Of a stretch of 64,000 bases of DNA, positions 28,661 through 38,908 are shown in pieces (positions within the stretch are counted from its first letter, which is position 1; every line of letters begins with the position of its first letter). The notes beneath the pieces were generated by a model that ran no database searches, was not told the origin of the DNA, and saw nothing but the letters and a program-made list of their open reading frames with translations. Location: contig CBDAUD010000002.1 in NCBI GenBank assembly GCA_965200485.1, positions 137,939 to 201,938 of the forward strand. Direction: 5' to 3'. The DNA comes from a bacterium. Its GTDB lineage: Bacteria; JAAXHH01. The position numbers were made by a program, and so were the translations under genes.

Positions 28661-31033
28661 ATGGCTAAGCGTCTAATGCATCTCCTTTGCGCACTGAGCA
28701 TCGCGTATTTCTCCCCTTCCCTGATGGCCCAGAAGGGGCCGGAAACGATCAACCGGAGCAAGTTCCGCCAACTCAAACAGGAAGCCCCGACGCCGAACGT
28801 ATACCGGACCGCTTCCGGCGCGCCGGGCCATCAGTACTGGCAGAACGAGGCGGACTACGAGATGCGTATCGAACTGGACGACGAGACGCAGCGGCTTCAT
28901 GGCGCCGAGGTCATCACCTACCACAACAATTCGCCGGATGAACTGGCCTATTTGTGGGTCCAGCTCGACCAGAACGTGCGGGCGCGGGACTCGGATACGC
29001 GAAAGATCGCGGGCAGCCGGGTACCGGGGCGGCTGAGCTTTGCCGGGATGCGCCGCCTGCTGAACGACTTCGACGGCGGGTTCAAGATCGAGTGGGTGCG
29101 GGACCGCCGCGACAACCCCCTGCCCCACACCATCAACGGGACGATGATGCGGGTGGACATGCCCGAACCGCTTCGGCCCGGGAATTCGTACACGTTCAAG
29201 ATCAAGTGGTGGTACAACATCAACGACCGGATGAAACTCGGCGGCCGGTCGGGCTACGAGTATTTCGAGGAAGACGGCAACTACCTGTACGCCATCGCCC
29301 AGTTCTTCCCCCGGATGGCGGTGTACAACGAGGTGGAAGGCTGGCAGCACAAGCAATTTCTGGGCCGCGGCGAATTTGCGCTGCCCTTCGGCGACTACGA
29401 GGTCAGCATCACCGTCCCGGCCGACCATGTCGTTGCGGCCACCGGGGTGCTGCAGAATCCCCGCGAGGTGCTCAACGCCGAACAGCAGGCGCGACTCGCC
29501 CGTTCCCGGAACGCGGACGAACCCGTAATGATCGTTACGGAGGAGGAAGCGATCGCGGCCGAAGCGGAACGCGCGACGGAGAAGAAGACCTGGGTATTTC
29601 AGGGGGACAATGTGCGGGATTTCGCCTTCGCCAGCTCGCGCAAGTTCATCTGGGACGCGATGGGCGTTCAGTCCGGTTCACAGCATGTCATGGCCATGTC
29701 CTTCTATCCCAAGGAGGGCAACCCGCTGTGGGAGCGCTACTCTACCAAGGTGGTAGCCCATACCCTGGACGTCTATTCGAAATACACCTTCCCCTATCCC
29801 TATCCCACGGCGATTTCCGTGCACACAGACCGCATCGGCATGGAATACCCGATGATCTGCTTCAACGGCGGCCGTCCGGAAAAGGACGGCACGTACAGCG
29901 AGCGGACGAAGTACGGAATGATCAGCGTGATCATCCACGAAGTCGGGCACAACTACTTCCCCATGATCGTCAATTCGGACGAGCGGCAGTGGACGTGGAT
30001 GGACGAGGGACTGAACACCTTTCTTCAATTCCTGGCCGAACAGGAATGGGATACCGAATATCCATCCCGCAGAGGCCCCGCCCACCGCATCGTGAACTAC
30101 ATGAAGGGCGACCAGGAGCGCATCTCGCCCATCATGACCAATTCCGAGTCCATTTTCCAGTTTGGTCCCAACGCGTACGGGAAACCCGCCACCGCGCTGA
30201 ATATCCTGCGGGAAACCGTCATGGGGCGGGAACTGTTCGACCATGCCTTCCGCACCTATTCGCAGCGCTGGATGTTCAAGCATCCGTCTCCCGAGGACTT
30301 CTTCCGCAGCATGGAAGACGCGTCCGCAGTGGACCTGGACTGGTACTGGCGGGGCTGGTTCTACAGCACGGACCATGTGGATCTCGGTCTGGCGGAGGTC
30401 AAGTGGTTCCAGATAGACACGCGGAATCCGGCGGTGGAGAAGGAGATCGCCAGGACGAACAAGGCGGAAGAAAACCGGGGAATCAGCTACGCGCGCAACC
30501 AGACCGAAATACCGGATCCGATGGTGCGGCAGGATTCGACGCTGGTCGATTTCTACAACCGGTACGATCCCTTCGAAATATCGATCCTCGACCGCGAAGA
30601 ATATGACGAATACTTGAAAAACCTGGACGCCGAGGATCTGGCCCTGCTGCAAAGCGGCAAGCACTTCTACGAGCTGACCTTCGAGAACGCGGGCGGGCTG
30701 GTCATGCCGTTGATCCTGGAATTCGAATTCGAGGACGGCACCACGGAAGTGCAGCGGATTCCCGCCGAAATCTGGCGGATCCGGGACGACCGCGTAACCA
30801 GGGTTTTCGTGACGGATCAGCCGGTGGAAAGGATCACGCTCGACCCCTTCCTCGAGACGGCGGACACGGACCTGAGCAACAATGTCTGGCCGCCGCAGTC
30901 GAAGCCTACGCGCTTTGAACTGTTCAAGCAGCGTCGCCAGACGCCCGAGAATCCGATGCAACGCCAGAGACGGGCGGAAGAGCGGGAAAAAGAAGAAAAA
31001 GAAGCGCAGGATACGCAGACGGAGACGAGGTAG
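28661..31033 (+). CDS. M1-family zinc metallopeptidase (aminopeptidase N-like), secreted, with a Lys/Glu-rich C-terminal tail
   Basis: Signal peptide. HEVGHNYF (HExxH) followed by WMDEGLNTF (gluzincin third ligand) at M1 spacing. C-terminus RRAEEREKEEKEAQDTQTETR. GGAGG ribosome-binding site. Confidence 0.8.
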   Translation: MAKRLMHLLCALSIAYFSPSLMAQKGPETINRSKFRQLKQEAPTPNVYRTASGAPGHQYWQNEADYEMRIELDDETQRLHGAEVITYHNNSPDELAYLWVQLDQNVRARDSDTRKIAGSRVPGRLSFAGMRRLLNDFDGGFKIEWVRDRRDNPLPHTINGTMMRVDMPEPLRPGNSYTFKIKWWYNINDRMKLGGRSGYEYFEEDGNYLYAIAQFFPRMAVYNEVEGWQHKQFLGRGEFALPFGDYEVSITVPADHVVAATGVLQNPREVLNAEQQARLARSRNADEPVMIVTEEEAIAAEAERATEKKTWVFQGDNVRDFAFASSRKFIWDAMGVQSGSQHVMAMSFYPKEGNPLWERYSTKVVAHTLDVYSKYTFPYPYPTAISVHTDRIGMEYPMICFNGGRPEKDGTYSERTKYGMISVIIHEVGHNYFPMIVNSDERQWTWMDEGLNTFLQFLAEQEWDTEYPSRRGPAHRIVNYMKGDQERISPIMTNSESIFQFGPNAYGKPATALNILRETVMGRELFDHAFRTYSQRWMFKHPSPEDFFRSMEDASAVDLDWYWRGWFYSTDHVDLGLAEVKWFQIDTRNPAVEKEIARTNKAEENRGISYARNQTEIPDPMVRQDSTLVDFYNRYDPFEISILDREEYDEYLKNLDAEDLALLQSGKHFYELTFENAGGLVMPLILEFEFEDGTTEVQRIPAEIWRIRDDRVTRVFVTDQPVERITLDPFLETADTDLSNNVWPPQSKPTRFELFKQRRQTPENPMQRQRRAEEREKEEKEAQDTQTETR

Positions 31034-31047
31034 GGCTTCAGTCTGCG

Positions 31048-31659
31048 CTAGAGTTTCAGCCAGCAGAGGCCTTCGCCGCTCCGGTAATAGACGGCTACGG
31101 CTCTGCCGTAGACCGCGTCTTCAGAAACAAACCCGAAGACGCGTCCATCCTTGCTGTTTCCCCGGGCGTCTCCTACGGCCAGGAGATAGCCCGGAGGAAT
31201 GGCTTGCGGGCCGTAGTCCTCGCCCCCGCTGTAGCGCAGGTTCAACCGTACCCGCCGCTCGCCGTAGAACTCCTCCCGCATGTCCGTGGTCGAGCCCATG
31301 GGATGCCCGTTGATGGATACCTGGCCACTCCGGATGGAGACGGTATCGCCCCCTACCGCGACGATCCGCTTGACGAGGCGGATGTCCTCCACGGGTGAAT
31401 CGAACACGACCACCTCGCCGCGTTCAACCTTGCTTCCCCGCGTCAGCTTCCAGTCGGTGAAGGGCACGCGGAAACCGTAGGTGTACTTGGCGACGAAGAT
31501 CCGGTCGCCCGGCAGGAGCGTGTATTCCATGGAGCCGGAGGGTACGGTGTAGTGATCGGCCAGCGTGGAGCGGCCAGCCAGCAGGATCAGCGCGATGACC
31601 CCGAAGGAGAGGACCTCCCGGCCTATCGTCTTTATCCTGTGATGCATGCGCAACGCCAC
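31048..31659 (-). CDS. lepB: Signal peptidase I
   Basis: S26 boxes VPSGSMEYTLLPGDRIFV (catalytic Ser), VKRIVAVGGD (catalytic Lys box), GDARGNSKDGR. Confidence 0.85.
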   Translation of the reverse strand: MALRMHHRIKTIGREVLSFGVIALILLAGRSTLADHYTVPSGSMEYTLLPGDRIFVAKYTYGFRVPFTDWKLTRGSKVERGEVVVFDSPVEDIRLVKRIVAVGGDTVSIRSGQVSINGHPMGSTTDMREEFYGERRVRLNLRYSGGEDYGPQAIPPGYLLAVGDARGNSKDGRVFGFVSEDAVYGRAVAVYYRSGEGLCWLKL

Positions 31660-31745
31660 CTCATGACATCATGCGTCCATGATACCGTGGCCTTTCCGCC
31701 CGCGATACCGTTTCCTGGCAGCCCGCTTTCAACAGGTCGCACGAA

Positions 31746-32450
31746 TCAGTCCCGCGAGGAAAGGAAGAACTGGAGAATGTACCAGAACAGCAACGCCACG
31801 GAGGCGAAGAGCTGCAAGGCGGCCCCGACGTGCCGGTCCGCCGGATAGTGGTGCAGCACATTCGACGTGTCGTAGAGGATCGCTCCGCCCGCGAGCACGA
31901 TCATGGCCACGGTAAAGATCGTACCGAGATGGAAACCGAACAGCACACTGGCTACGATCAGGACGAGGGCGCAAATGAAACCCCAGCGCAGCAGCCCGCC
32001 GAGGAAGGAGAAGTCCCTACGGGTCTGAAAGGCGATTGCCGTCAGGCCGATAAAGGCGATGATCGTCACCGTGGCGGCGCTGTTGATCACGCCCGGCGCC
32101 ATGGTTTCGGCAACGTGGAGCAACGGCGTGAAGATGATGGCTTCGCCCACGACGAACAGGCCCAGCGCGCCGTACTGGCCGGCCGTGGTCTGCGCGTTGT
32201 GCGCAAAATGGGTGGCGATCCAGCTCAGAATCATGAAACCGCCAAGCACGATGAGCCAGGAACCGCCGAGTAGCACGTTCGCGATCGACTCCGCCATGCC
32301 GGTCTGAAACAGGTAGTACTCGATCAGGACGAAAGCCAGAATCGCCCCGAGAAGATGCGTATAGGTCCGCGAAATAAACGCTCCGCGCGCGTCGACTCCC
32401 AATTGGGCGACGGGGACTTCACGCCGGGGCGCGTAGGCCGTTCTGGTCAT
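31746..32450 (-). CDS. Bax-inhibitor-1 / YccA family membrane protein
   Basis: Seven transmembrane segments and the C-terminal ..GGAILYDTSNVLHHYPADRHVGAALQLF.. hallmark of the BI-1 family. Confidence 0.8.
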   Translation of the reverse strand: MTRTAYAPRREVPVAQLGVDARGAFISRTYTHLLGAILAFVLIEYYLFQTGMAESIANVLLGGSWLIVLGGFMILSWIATHFAHNAQTTAGQYGALGLFVVGEAIIFTPLLHVAETMAPGVINSAATVTIIAFIGLTAIAFQTRRDFSFLGGLLRWGFICALVLIVASVLFGFHLGTIFTVAMIVLAGGAILYDTSNVLHHYPADRHVGAALQLFASVALLFWYILQFFLSSRD

Positions 32451-32633
32451 GGCGTATGCTCCTTCTCTTCAGGTTGTACGGTCTCTGGTCCCATCTCCCG
32501 GCTTGTACGATCCGATGCGGAAAGGTGATGGGGTTTGGGGGTTGGCTGTGCGTTCGAGCTTCAGGCGTCCGGTACCGCGCCGGCCTTTCTCGCCTTCCAT
32601 TAGCAAACGCGCCGCCGCAGGTCCGGTTGCGTC

Positions 32634-33026
32634 TCAAGATTCGTCGAACAGATCCTCAAGACCCTGCAGCAGGTTGTCTCCTTCAGATCGAACAAGCGCC
32701 AGAATAGCGTTGTGCGGCACGATCATGTAGGTTTTTTCCTGATAATTGATCTCGATGGACTCCTTGCGCAAATAGAATGCGAAATCACCGGGTTGGGCTT
32801 GCAGGGGCAGGTAGCGCACAGACTCGGCCGGTTTCGCAATCGGGTCCCCCTCGTTGTAGTCGGGATTCGGCATCAGGTGCCCCGGACCCACGCGAATCAC
32901 CTTTCCGGTACCGACCTTCTCCTTCTCCGTTACCGTGGCGGGAAGGTACAACCCGGAATGGGTAAGCTGTTCGCCGTCATGCTGCTCCACCAGGACCCGG
33001 TCGCCAACAATGATCAATTCGCTCAT
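32634..33026 (-). CDS. GroES-like co-chaperonin (Cpn10 fold), orphan, 130 aa
   Basis: IIVGDRVLVEQ..SGLYLP..KEKVGTGKVIRVGPG..AILALV matches the GroES beta-barrel pattern. No groEL adjacent. Confidence 0.6.
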   Translation of the reverse strand: MSELIIVGDRVLVEQHDGEQLTHSGLYLPATVTEKEKVGTGKVIRVGPGHLMPNPDYNEGDPIAKPAESVRYLPLQAQPGDFAFYLRKESIEINYQEKTYMIVPHNAILALVRSEGDNLLQGLEDLFDES

Positions 33027-33090
33027 ACGATTCCCATACGGTTAACGCGCGCCTGTTCCCCCACCATCGTTCACTATCTTTCCGCAATTT

Positions 33091-33140
33091 GTTCGGAGTT
33101 GGTTCGGTATTCGTTCGGTATTCGTTCGGTATTCGTTCGA
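33091..33140. repeat. 11-bp tandem repeat, about 4 copies (GTTCGGTATTC)
   Basis: gttcggagttg gttcggtattc gttcggtattc gttcggtattc gttcga, immediately upstream (coding-sense) of the GroES-like gene. Confidence 0.8.
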
Positions 33141-33267
33141 TTTGTCAGGTACGCATCAACATACGCATTTCACCGTGTAATCGCAACCAAAATCCGGGAC
33201 AAAACGACGCGGTTCGGCCGCAGTCGAAGAACCAGCTCCGCTCCAAAGTGGCCGGCAAGCGACCGGA

Positions 33268-34479
33268 CTACCGCACGGCGCCGGCTTTTTTCAACGATTC
33301 GATTCGATCCTCGCCATAGCCGAGCATTTCCGCAAGCACATACCGACCGTCCTGATTGAAACCGGGTGGGGCGTTCAGACGCGCGGGGGGTGAAATGGCG
33401 TCGCTTTCAAAGGCGATCGTGCGCAATCCGCGGATCGACGCGCCGTCTGTTCGATGCCCGGACAGCCGCAGCGCATCGGTGGATTCCTGGTCAAGGACTT
33501 CGTCCAGCCGCCGTACCGCCCCGGCCGGTACTTTCCGCGCATGCAGCGCTTGCAGCAGGGCTTCTGTTTCATGTTGGCCGATCCGGCGTGCCAGCATCGT
33601 GTTCAGCGCGTCGCGGTGAACGACCCGCTGCCGGTTCGTGCCGAACCGTTCGTCCTTCGCCAATTCCGGCATGCCCAGCGCTTCGCAAAGCGCCCGAAAC
33701 TGGCTGTCGGTGCCGACGGCCAGCACGATCGGCGCACCGTTCAGGGTCTCGTACGTCGTCCCGTACGGCGCAATGTTGGGATGGTCCGAGCCGGCGCGAA
33801 CGGGGATCGAACCGCAAACCAGGTAATTCGACGCCTGGTTGGCCAGCGAGGCGACCCCGGCGTGGAACAGCGACACCGTACTGCAGGATCCCCGGCCGGT
33901 TTGCATACGCGCAATGAGGGCAATCAGCAGGGCTTCCTTGAGCTGATGGGCCAGGAGCAGGTCGATAAGGGCTACCGGCATCTTGACCGGACCGCTGTCC
34001 TCGGTTCCGTTCATGCCCGTGAAACCGGTCTCCGCCTGCAGCACGGCATCGAAACCCGGCCGCCCGTCCCTTGCTCCGAAGGCGGTGATGTCGGCGTAGA
34101 CGAGCCGGTCGTTTTGGGCGCGGAGGGTCGCGTAGTCGAGTTTGAACTTCTCCGCGTCGCCGGTTTTGAAACTCTGCACGAACACGTCGGCCCGGCGAAC
34201 AAGGTCCAGCAGGACCGCGTATCCTTCGGGGATCGAAAAGTCGATTCCGATGGATCGCTTGCCCCAGTTCACCGAGGAGAAGTAGGCGGTGACGTCGTCG
34301 TCCCGATCTTCCGAAGGCAGTTTCCAGCGGCGGGTGGTATCGCCGCCGGTCTTCATGTTCTCCACCTTGATCACCGTGGCGCCCAGCTCCGCGAAGAACA
34401 TGCCCACGGCCGGACCGGCCAGCACGTTCGCCGCCTCGATGACGATCAGTTCCCTGAAGATGGAGTCGGTGGAAGGCAC
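33268..34479 (-). CDS. Family III CoA-transferase (CaiB/BaiF/Frc-like)
   Basis: VIEAANVLAGPAVGMFFAELGATVIKVE at the N-terminus, catalytic Asp region and ~400 aa length typical of CoA_transf_3. Confidence 0.8.
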   Translation of the reverse strand: MPSTDSIFRELIVIEAANVLAGPAVGMFFAELGATVIKVENMKTGGDTTRRWKLPSEDRDDDVTAYFSSVNWGKRSIGIDFSIPEGYAVLLDLVRRADVFVQSFKTGDAEKFKLDYATLRAQNDRLVYADITAFGARDGRPGFDAVLQAETGFTGMNGTEDSGPVKMPVALIDLLLAHQLKEALLIALIARMQTGRGSCSTVSLFHAGVASLANQASNYLVCGSIPVRAGSDHPNIAPYGTTYETLNGAPIVLAVGTDSQFRALCEALGMPELAKDERFGTNRQRVVHRDALNTMLARRIGQHETEALLQALHARKVPAGAVRRLDEVLDQESTDALRLSGHRTDGASIRGLRTIAFESDAISPPARLNAPPGFNQDGRYVLAEMLGYGEDRIESLKKAGAVR

Positions 34480-34482
34480 GGC

Positions 34483-34848
34483 TCAGGTGAAATCGAGCCA
34501 CCGATGCTGTTCTTCCGGCATCCAGCAGGTTTCGGTGACGGTGGTCCGGTCGAAGAACTGATAGGGGTCCACCTTCCGGTATTCCTCGTAGGGGCCGGAC
34601 CAGTCCTTTCGCCGTTCCTTGTAGGCGAGAAAACCTTCGTGGGACACGTACTCGAACACCATGACGTAGCGCCCGGTGGGCTGTCCGGTATTACGGGCTA
34701 CCTCGCGGAAATACCGGGCGGACCGCCACTCGGGGAAGAGTTCCTCCCTGTGGCGTTCCACGAAGCCGAACCAGGTGCGGATCATTTCGTCGTGATCCGC
34801 CTTTCGGTCGGGCTTCGGCACCCAGGTTTCCACTTCGAAGAACGACAT
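34483..34848 (-). CDS. Hypothetical protein, 121 aa
   Basis: ORF with coding-like composition, placed 3 bp downstream of the CoA-transferase on the same strand. No motif recognised. Confidence 0.4.
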   Translation of the reverse strand: MSFFEVETWVPKPDRKADHDEMIRTWFGFVERHREELFPEWRSARYFREVARNTGQPTGRYVMVFEYVSHEGFLAYKERRKDWSGPYEEYRKVDPYQFFDRTTVTETCWMPEEQHRWLDFT

Positions 34849-34929
34849 GATCCATCCGTTCCGGCAAGGTCCGTTCCGGTCAGGCGACGCGAGCGCGCCC
34901 GTGGCCGTCTCACGGGCTTTGGCAGGAAA

Positions 34930-35002
<73 letters not shown>

Positions 35003-35177
35003 AGGCAAATTGCCGCATACCGCTCCCGTCCAAGATACATCGAAGCAGTCGAAATAGCAATGACAAAACCGGCCATGGGGTCCCCGAAGCAGCGCCTGCG
35101 CATCCCTGTGCGGTTCCTTCATACATCCCTTATATATCCCTTGCCGAAAAAGGCCTCCCGGTCTATGATGAGCTGTC

Positions 35178-36119
35178 ATGAACACCTTCCAGAAAACCGC
35201 GGTGGCGACCCTGGCGGCTATCGTTCTGCTGATCGCCATAGGCAGCCTGGTGCGCACCACCGGGGCGGGACTGGGATGTCCCGACTGGCCGAAATGCTGG
35301 GGTTTCTGGCTGCCGCCATCGAGCGTCGACGACCTGGATCCGGTTTACCTGCTTGAAAAGGGTTACGACCCCGCTTCTTTCAACCCGGCAAAGATGTGGA
35401 TCGAATACGCCAATCGCCTGGTGGGGGTGGCGATCGGCATACTCGTGTTCGTCACCTTCCTGCGTTCGTTCGGATACAGAAGGACGAAGCCGGCGGTCTT
35501 CTACGGCGCGGGTCTGTGTCTGGCGCTGGTCGTCTTCCAGGGCTGGCTGGGCGGGCAGGTGGTCCGGTCCGGCCTGCGTCCCGGCATCATCACCCTCCAC
35601 ATGTTCCTGGCCGTCCTCCTGTTGGGGGTGCTGGTCTACGTGACCTTTCAGTCCTTGGAACAGCGCGTCCGAATCGAACTGACAGACCAGGGACGCACCA
35701 CGCTGCTACGCCTGGGCTCCGCGCTGCTGGCGGTCACGACGATCCAGCTGCTTCTGGGCACCCAGGTTCGCGAGGGCATAGACCCCTTCATCAAGGATAC
35801 CGGCGGCCTGCCCCGGGGCGAATGGCTGGCGCAGGTGGGACTCGTCGATCACGTCCACCGGATATCCTCCTGGCTGGTCCTTCTGGCCGGATTCCTGGTA
35901 TACCGCGCTGCGCGCCGGCATGCATCGGGAAGCCGCGTGGTCCCGCTCGCCCGGTTCATCCTGGCGGGGATCGTGTTGCAGATCGTACTCGGGATCATAC
36001 TCGCCTACGCAGCGCTGCCGAAACCGGTCCAGGTGCTGCATCTCGTTCTGGCCACGCTGCTCGTCTGCGCGCAATGCACTGTTCTGCTCATGGCAAAGCC
36101 TGCGCGGCATGCGCCTTGA
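35178..36119 (+). CDS. ctaA: Heme A synthase (CtaA/COX15)
   Basis: Hallmark SLVRTTGAGLGCPDWPKCWG N-terminal Cys pair, about 8 transmembrane helices, conserved His residues in the C-terminal half. Confidence 0.85.
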   Translation: MNTFQKTAVATLAAIVLLIAIGSLVRTTGAGLGCPDWPKCWGFWLPPSSVDDLDPVYLLEKGYDPASFNPAKMWIEYANRLVGVAIGILVFVTFLRSFGYRRTKPAVFYGAGLCLALVVFQGWLGGQVVRSGLRPGIITLHMFLAVLLLGVLVYVTFQSLEQRVRIELTDQGRTTLLRLGSALLAVTTIQLLLGTQVREGIDPFIKDTGGLPRGEWLAQVGLVDHVHRISSWLVLLAGFLVYRAARRHASGSRVVPLARFILAGIVLQIVLGIILAYAALPKPVQVLHLVLATLLVCAQCTVLLMAKPARHAP

Positions 36120-36328
36120 TGCGCAGGGTAGGAGCGCCACGGCATGCACCCTGGTGCACAGGGCAGTGGCGGTGCGCCGTACGGCGCCGATTTATGCTTT
36201 TCACAAATCGCCCGGCCGGTTATTATTGATCATATTCCATACCGATCATAACCGGGCGTGGCGGGTTGCCGCCGCCATGCGGCCACGGCGTACAGCGCAT
36301 ACGGCCCCTTACGCCTGAGGACGAATCT

Positions 36329-36694
36329 ATGGACAACTTGACGGACCAGCTAAAGCGGATCCGAAAACGATTCGAAGACGGCGAACTCTCCGCCGAAGAC
36401 ATCGACCGCGCGCTGGGGATGGCAGCGGAGGCGAACGGGGGTCTGAAACAAAGCCTGCTTTACCTGCAGGCGCCCACGACCAACCCGCACTCGGCGGTGG
36501 TCGGCATCAGCATCTACGAAGACGGGGCGGACTCCGACGGCCTCGGCGAAGACGGTGAGTTCCGATACCGGTCGATCAAGGAGGCGCTGGACGACGGATG
36601 GCGCATCATCAAGTTCCCGGAAGCGTCTCTGGCCATGCGGGAACAGGATACCTATGGACTCGGATACGAGTTTGTGCTGGAGCGATGGAGATAA
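36329..36694 (+). CDS. Hypothetical small acidic protein, 121 aa
   Basis: ATG at 36329 with coding-like composition. Immediately precedes the PhyH gene on the same strand. Confidence 0.45.
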   Translation: MDNLTDQLKRIRKRFEDGELSAEDIDRALGMAAEANGGLKQSLLYLQAPTTNPHSAVVGISIYEDGADSDGLGEDGEFRYRSIKEALDDGWRIIKFPEASLAMREQDTYGLGYEFVLERWR

Positions 36695-36703
36695 ACGAAG
36701 GCG

Positions 36704-37621
36704 ATGGCAACAACCGGGAAGCGACGGCGACAGCCGATGGAGACTACGATGAGTCCGACGCCTTACGGAAGGGAGATGAACTGTGCTCCGACGCTGACGG
36801 ACCAGGAGGTGATCGATTTCTGCAGGAACGGCTACCTCATGCTCCCCGGTGTCGTGCCCGACGAGGTCAACAGGCAGGTCCTCGACTACCTGGAACGCAA
36901 CGACAGCACCTACGAGCCCACGCCGATCATGAAAGCGTCCTTTTTCCTGGAAGGCGTGCTCATGAATCCGCAGGCGGCCGGCGCCGTCCGTTCGCTCCTC
37001 GGAGACGGGTTCGCGCTGCCACGCATCATCAGCAACCACCGGGGTCCGCTGCCCTATGACAAACCCCAGAACTGGCACCGGGACGGCGGCACGATCTATA
37101 CCGACAGGCTGGAGTACCTGCAGGTATTCTATTATCCGGAAGCATGCACCGACGACATGGGCCCCACCGTCGTCCTGCCCGGATCCCACTTCATGCGGAA
37201 CAAGGCGCCCATGATGGCTCATCTCGGATCCATCCGCGGCACGGTGTCTTCGGCGGGTCCGGCGGGCACCATCTTTCTCACCGTCTACGGAATCTGGCAT
37301 CGCAGGTCGAAAGCCACCTCGGGTCCGTCGGGGAAGAGCAAGTATAGGAACCTGCTGAAATACAACTACTGGCGGACCAGGCCCCCGGCCAGGGACTGGA
37401 TCAGGCAGGACGGGTTCGATTTCAACACGGTGGCATTCGATCCGCCGGCGGGCGTGTTCGAGCAGTTTCAGGGCGGCATCGCGGCCGCGCGCATGTTCGC
37501 TTGGCTGTGCGGCGCGGAGGAGGAGTACCGGAAACGGGGCGGCCAGTGCTGGCCGATCGCCCTCACCGTGCGGGACGGGGTCAATCAGGAAGGCACGCCG
37601 AGGTCGCTCGCGAACCTTTAG
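36704..37621 (+). CDS. Phytanoyl-CoA dioxygenase (PhyH) family Fe(II)/2-oxoglutarate oxygenase
   Basis: PhyH-like pattern (..HRDGG..D.., ..GSH.., R near the C-terminus). Alternative ATGs at 36737 and 36749. Confidence 0.7.
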   Translation: MATTGKRRRQPMETTMSPTPYGREMNCAPTLTDQEVIDFCRNGYLMLPGVVPDEVNRQVLDYLERNDSTYEPTPIMKASFFLEGVLMNPQAAGAVRSLLGDGFALPRIISNHRGPLPYDKPQNWHRDGGTIYTDRLEYLQVFYYPEACTDDMGPTVVLPGSHFMRNKAPMMAHLGSIRGTVSSAGPAGTIFLTVYGIWHRRSKATSGPSGKSKYRNLLKYNYWRTRPPARDWIRQDGFDFNTVAFDPPAGVFEQFQGGIAAARMFAWLCGAEEEYRKRGGQCWPIALTVRDGVNQEGTPRSLANL

Positions 37622-37681
37622 AGTACGGATCTGTTAGTGTACGGATTTGGCGCCAGACCACGAACAGAAGAGAAGCCGGCC

Positions 37682-38908
37682 ATGAAAATAACCGATATAG
37701 CCATAACGCATATCAACCCCAGGCTCGCGGACCGGAATGCCCATCGCAAGGTCCAGTTCCAAGGGATCGATACCCAAACGATCTTCAAGGTCGTCGCGGA
37801 CAACGGCGTGGTCGGATACGGGGAAAGCCGGGGTCACGTCGCGATGGACGTCCGGGAGGTGGAGCGGCTTGGGGGCAGCAATCCCTTCGACCACATCAAC
37901 GCCGATCTGCCCGTGGGCCTCATGGGCGCCCTGTACGATGTCATGGGCAAGCATCTCGAGATACCGGCCTACAAGCTCATGGGACAGAAGGTGCGGGATC
38001 GGGTCCCGGTTGCGGCTTGGACCCGCGTCGCATCCCCTGAGGAACTGGCCGCCGAGGTCGTCCGCGCGGTGGACGAAGGGTACATGATATTCAAGATGCA
38101 CACCGGGGAGTACTACGACGTCTACGAACAGAACCACGCCGTGGAGGAAGTCGCGCCGGCCGGTTTCAAGATGCACTACGATTTCAACCACAACCGTTCG
38201 TCCGCCGATGTGATGCGCATCATCGCGCACCTTGAGCAATCGCCTGTCGTCGCCGTAATCGAGGATCCGCTGGTGTGGCGCGACGTCGACGGGTGGCGAC
38301 GCCTGCGCGAAAAGACGTCGATCCCCCTGCTGATGCACGTGCCGCAACTCGGCGGCGGACCGGAGATCATGCACGGTTGCGCCGATCTCTACATGGTCGG
38401 CGAGCACGGGATCGGCATGAGCCTTAAAAGGGGATTCGCCTGCGCCGAAGCGAATGTCTCCACCGTGATCCAGTTGACCGGCGGCACCCTCAGCAAGGCG
38501 CTGGCGCTTCATCTGGGCGCGGTGATCCCCAATGTTTCGCATACCGTAAACCTGGACGACCAGTACGGCGAGGACGTTACCGGGGGGCGTTTCGAGGTGG
38601 ACGGCGGCAGCTCCCCCGTGCCCGAGGAGCCCGGACTCGGCGTCGAGGTGGACGAAAAGGAACTGCAGCGTATCGCGGGAAATCCGAAGACGGACATTCC
38701 CCGGCACATCGCCAGAACCCGTGTCCCCGGCGACCAGGTGTACTATACCATCGGATATCCGCCGGTCAGTCGGTTGACGGGTTTCGAGGAGGGCAATATT
38801 CGCGGCATACGGCTGGATATCTGGGAAGAGGACGGCAGCGCGTCCTGGCAGGAAACCTACGACCGGATCGAACGGCACGGACCCATCATGCGCAAGGAGC
38901 CGGAATGA
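37682..38908 (+). CDS. Enolase-superfamily enzyme (mandelate racemase / muconate lactonizing family)
   Basis: MKITDIAITHI.. capping domain; barrel metal ligands (..KMHTGE.., ..IEDP.., ..D..) and KxK-like motif. Confidence 0.75.
   Translation: MKITDIAITHINPRLADRNAHRKVQFQGIDTQTIFKVVADNGVVGYGESRGHVAMDVREVERLGGSNPFDHINADLPVGLMGALYDVMGKHLEIPAYKLMGQKVRDRVPVAAWTRVASPEELAAEVVRAVDEGYMIFKMHTGEYYDVYEQNHAVEEVAPAGFKMHYDFNHNRSSADVMRIIAHLEQSPVVAVIEDPLVWRDVDGWRRLREKTSIPLLMHVPQLGGGPEIMHGCADLYMVGEHGIGMSLKRGFACAEANVSTVIQLTGGTLSKALALHLGAVIPNVSHTVNLDDQYGEDVTGGRFEVDGGSSPVPEEPGLGVEVDEKELQRIAGNPKTDIPRHIARTRVPGDQVYYTIGYPPVSRLTGFEEGNIRGIRLDIWEEDGSASWQETYDRIERHGPIMRKEPE

Noticed and set aside
32634-33026. Calling the 130-aa gene canonical groES.
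   Set aside because: It has a ~35-aa C-terminal extension and no adjacent groEL, so it is only called a GroES-like Cpn10-fold protein.
27048-33140. Possible CRISPR array suggested by short direct repeats at 27048-27077 and 33091-33140.
   Set aside because: Repeats are 10-11 bp, perfectly tandem with no spacers, and no cas genes are present. These are microsatellite-like tandem repeats, not CRISPR.
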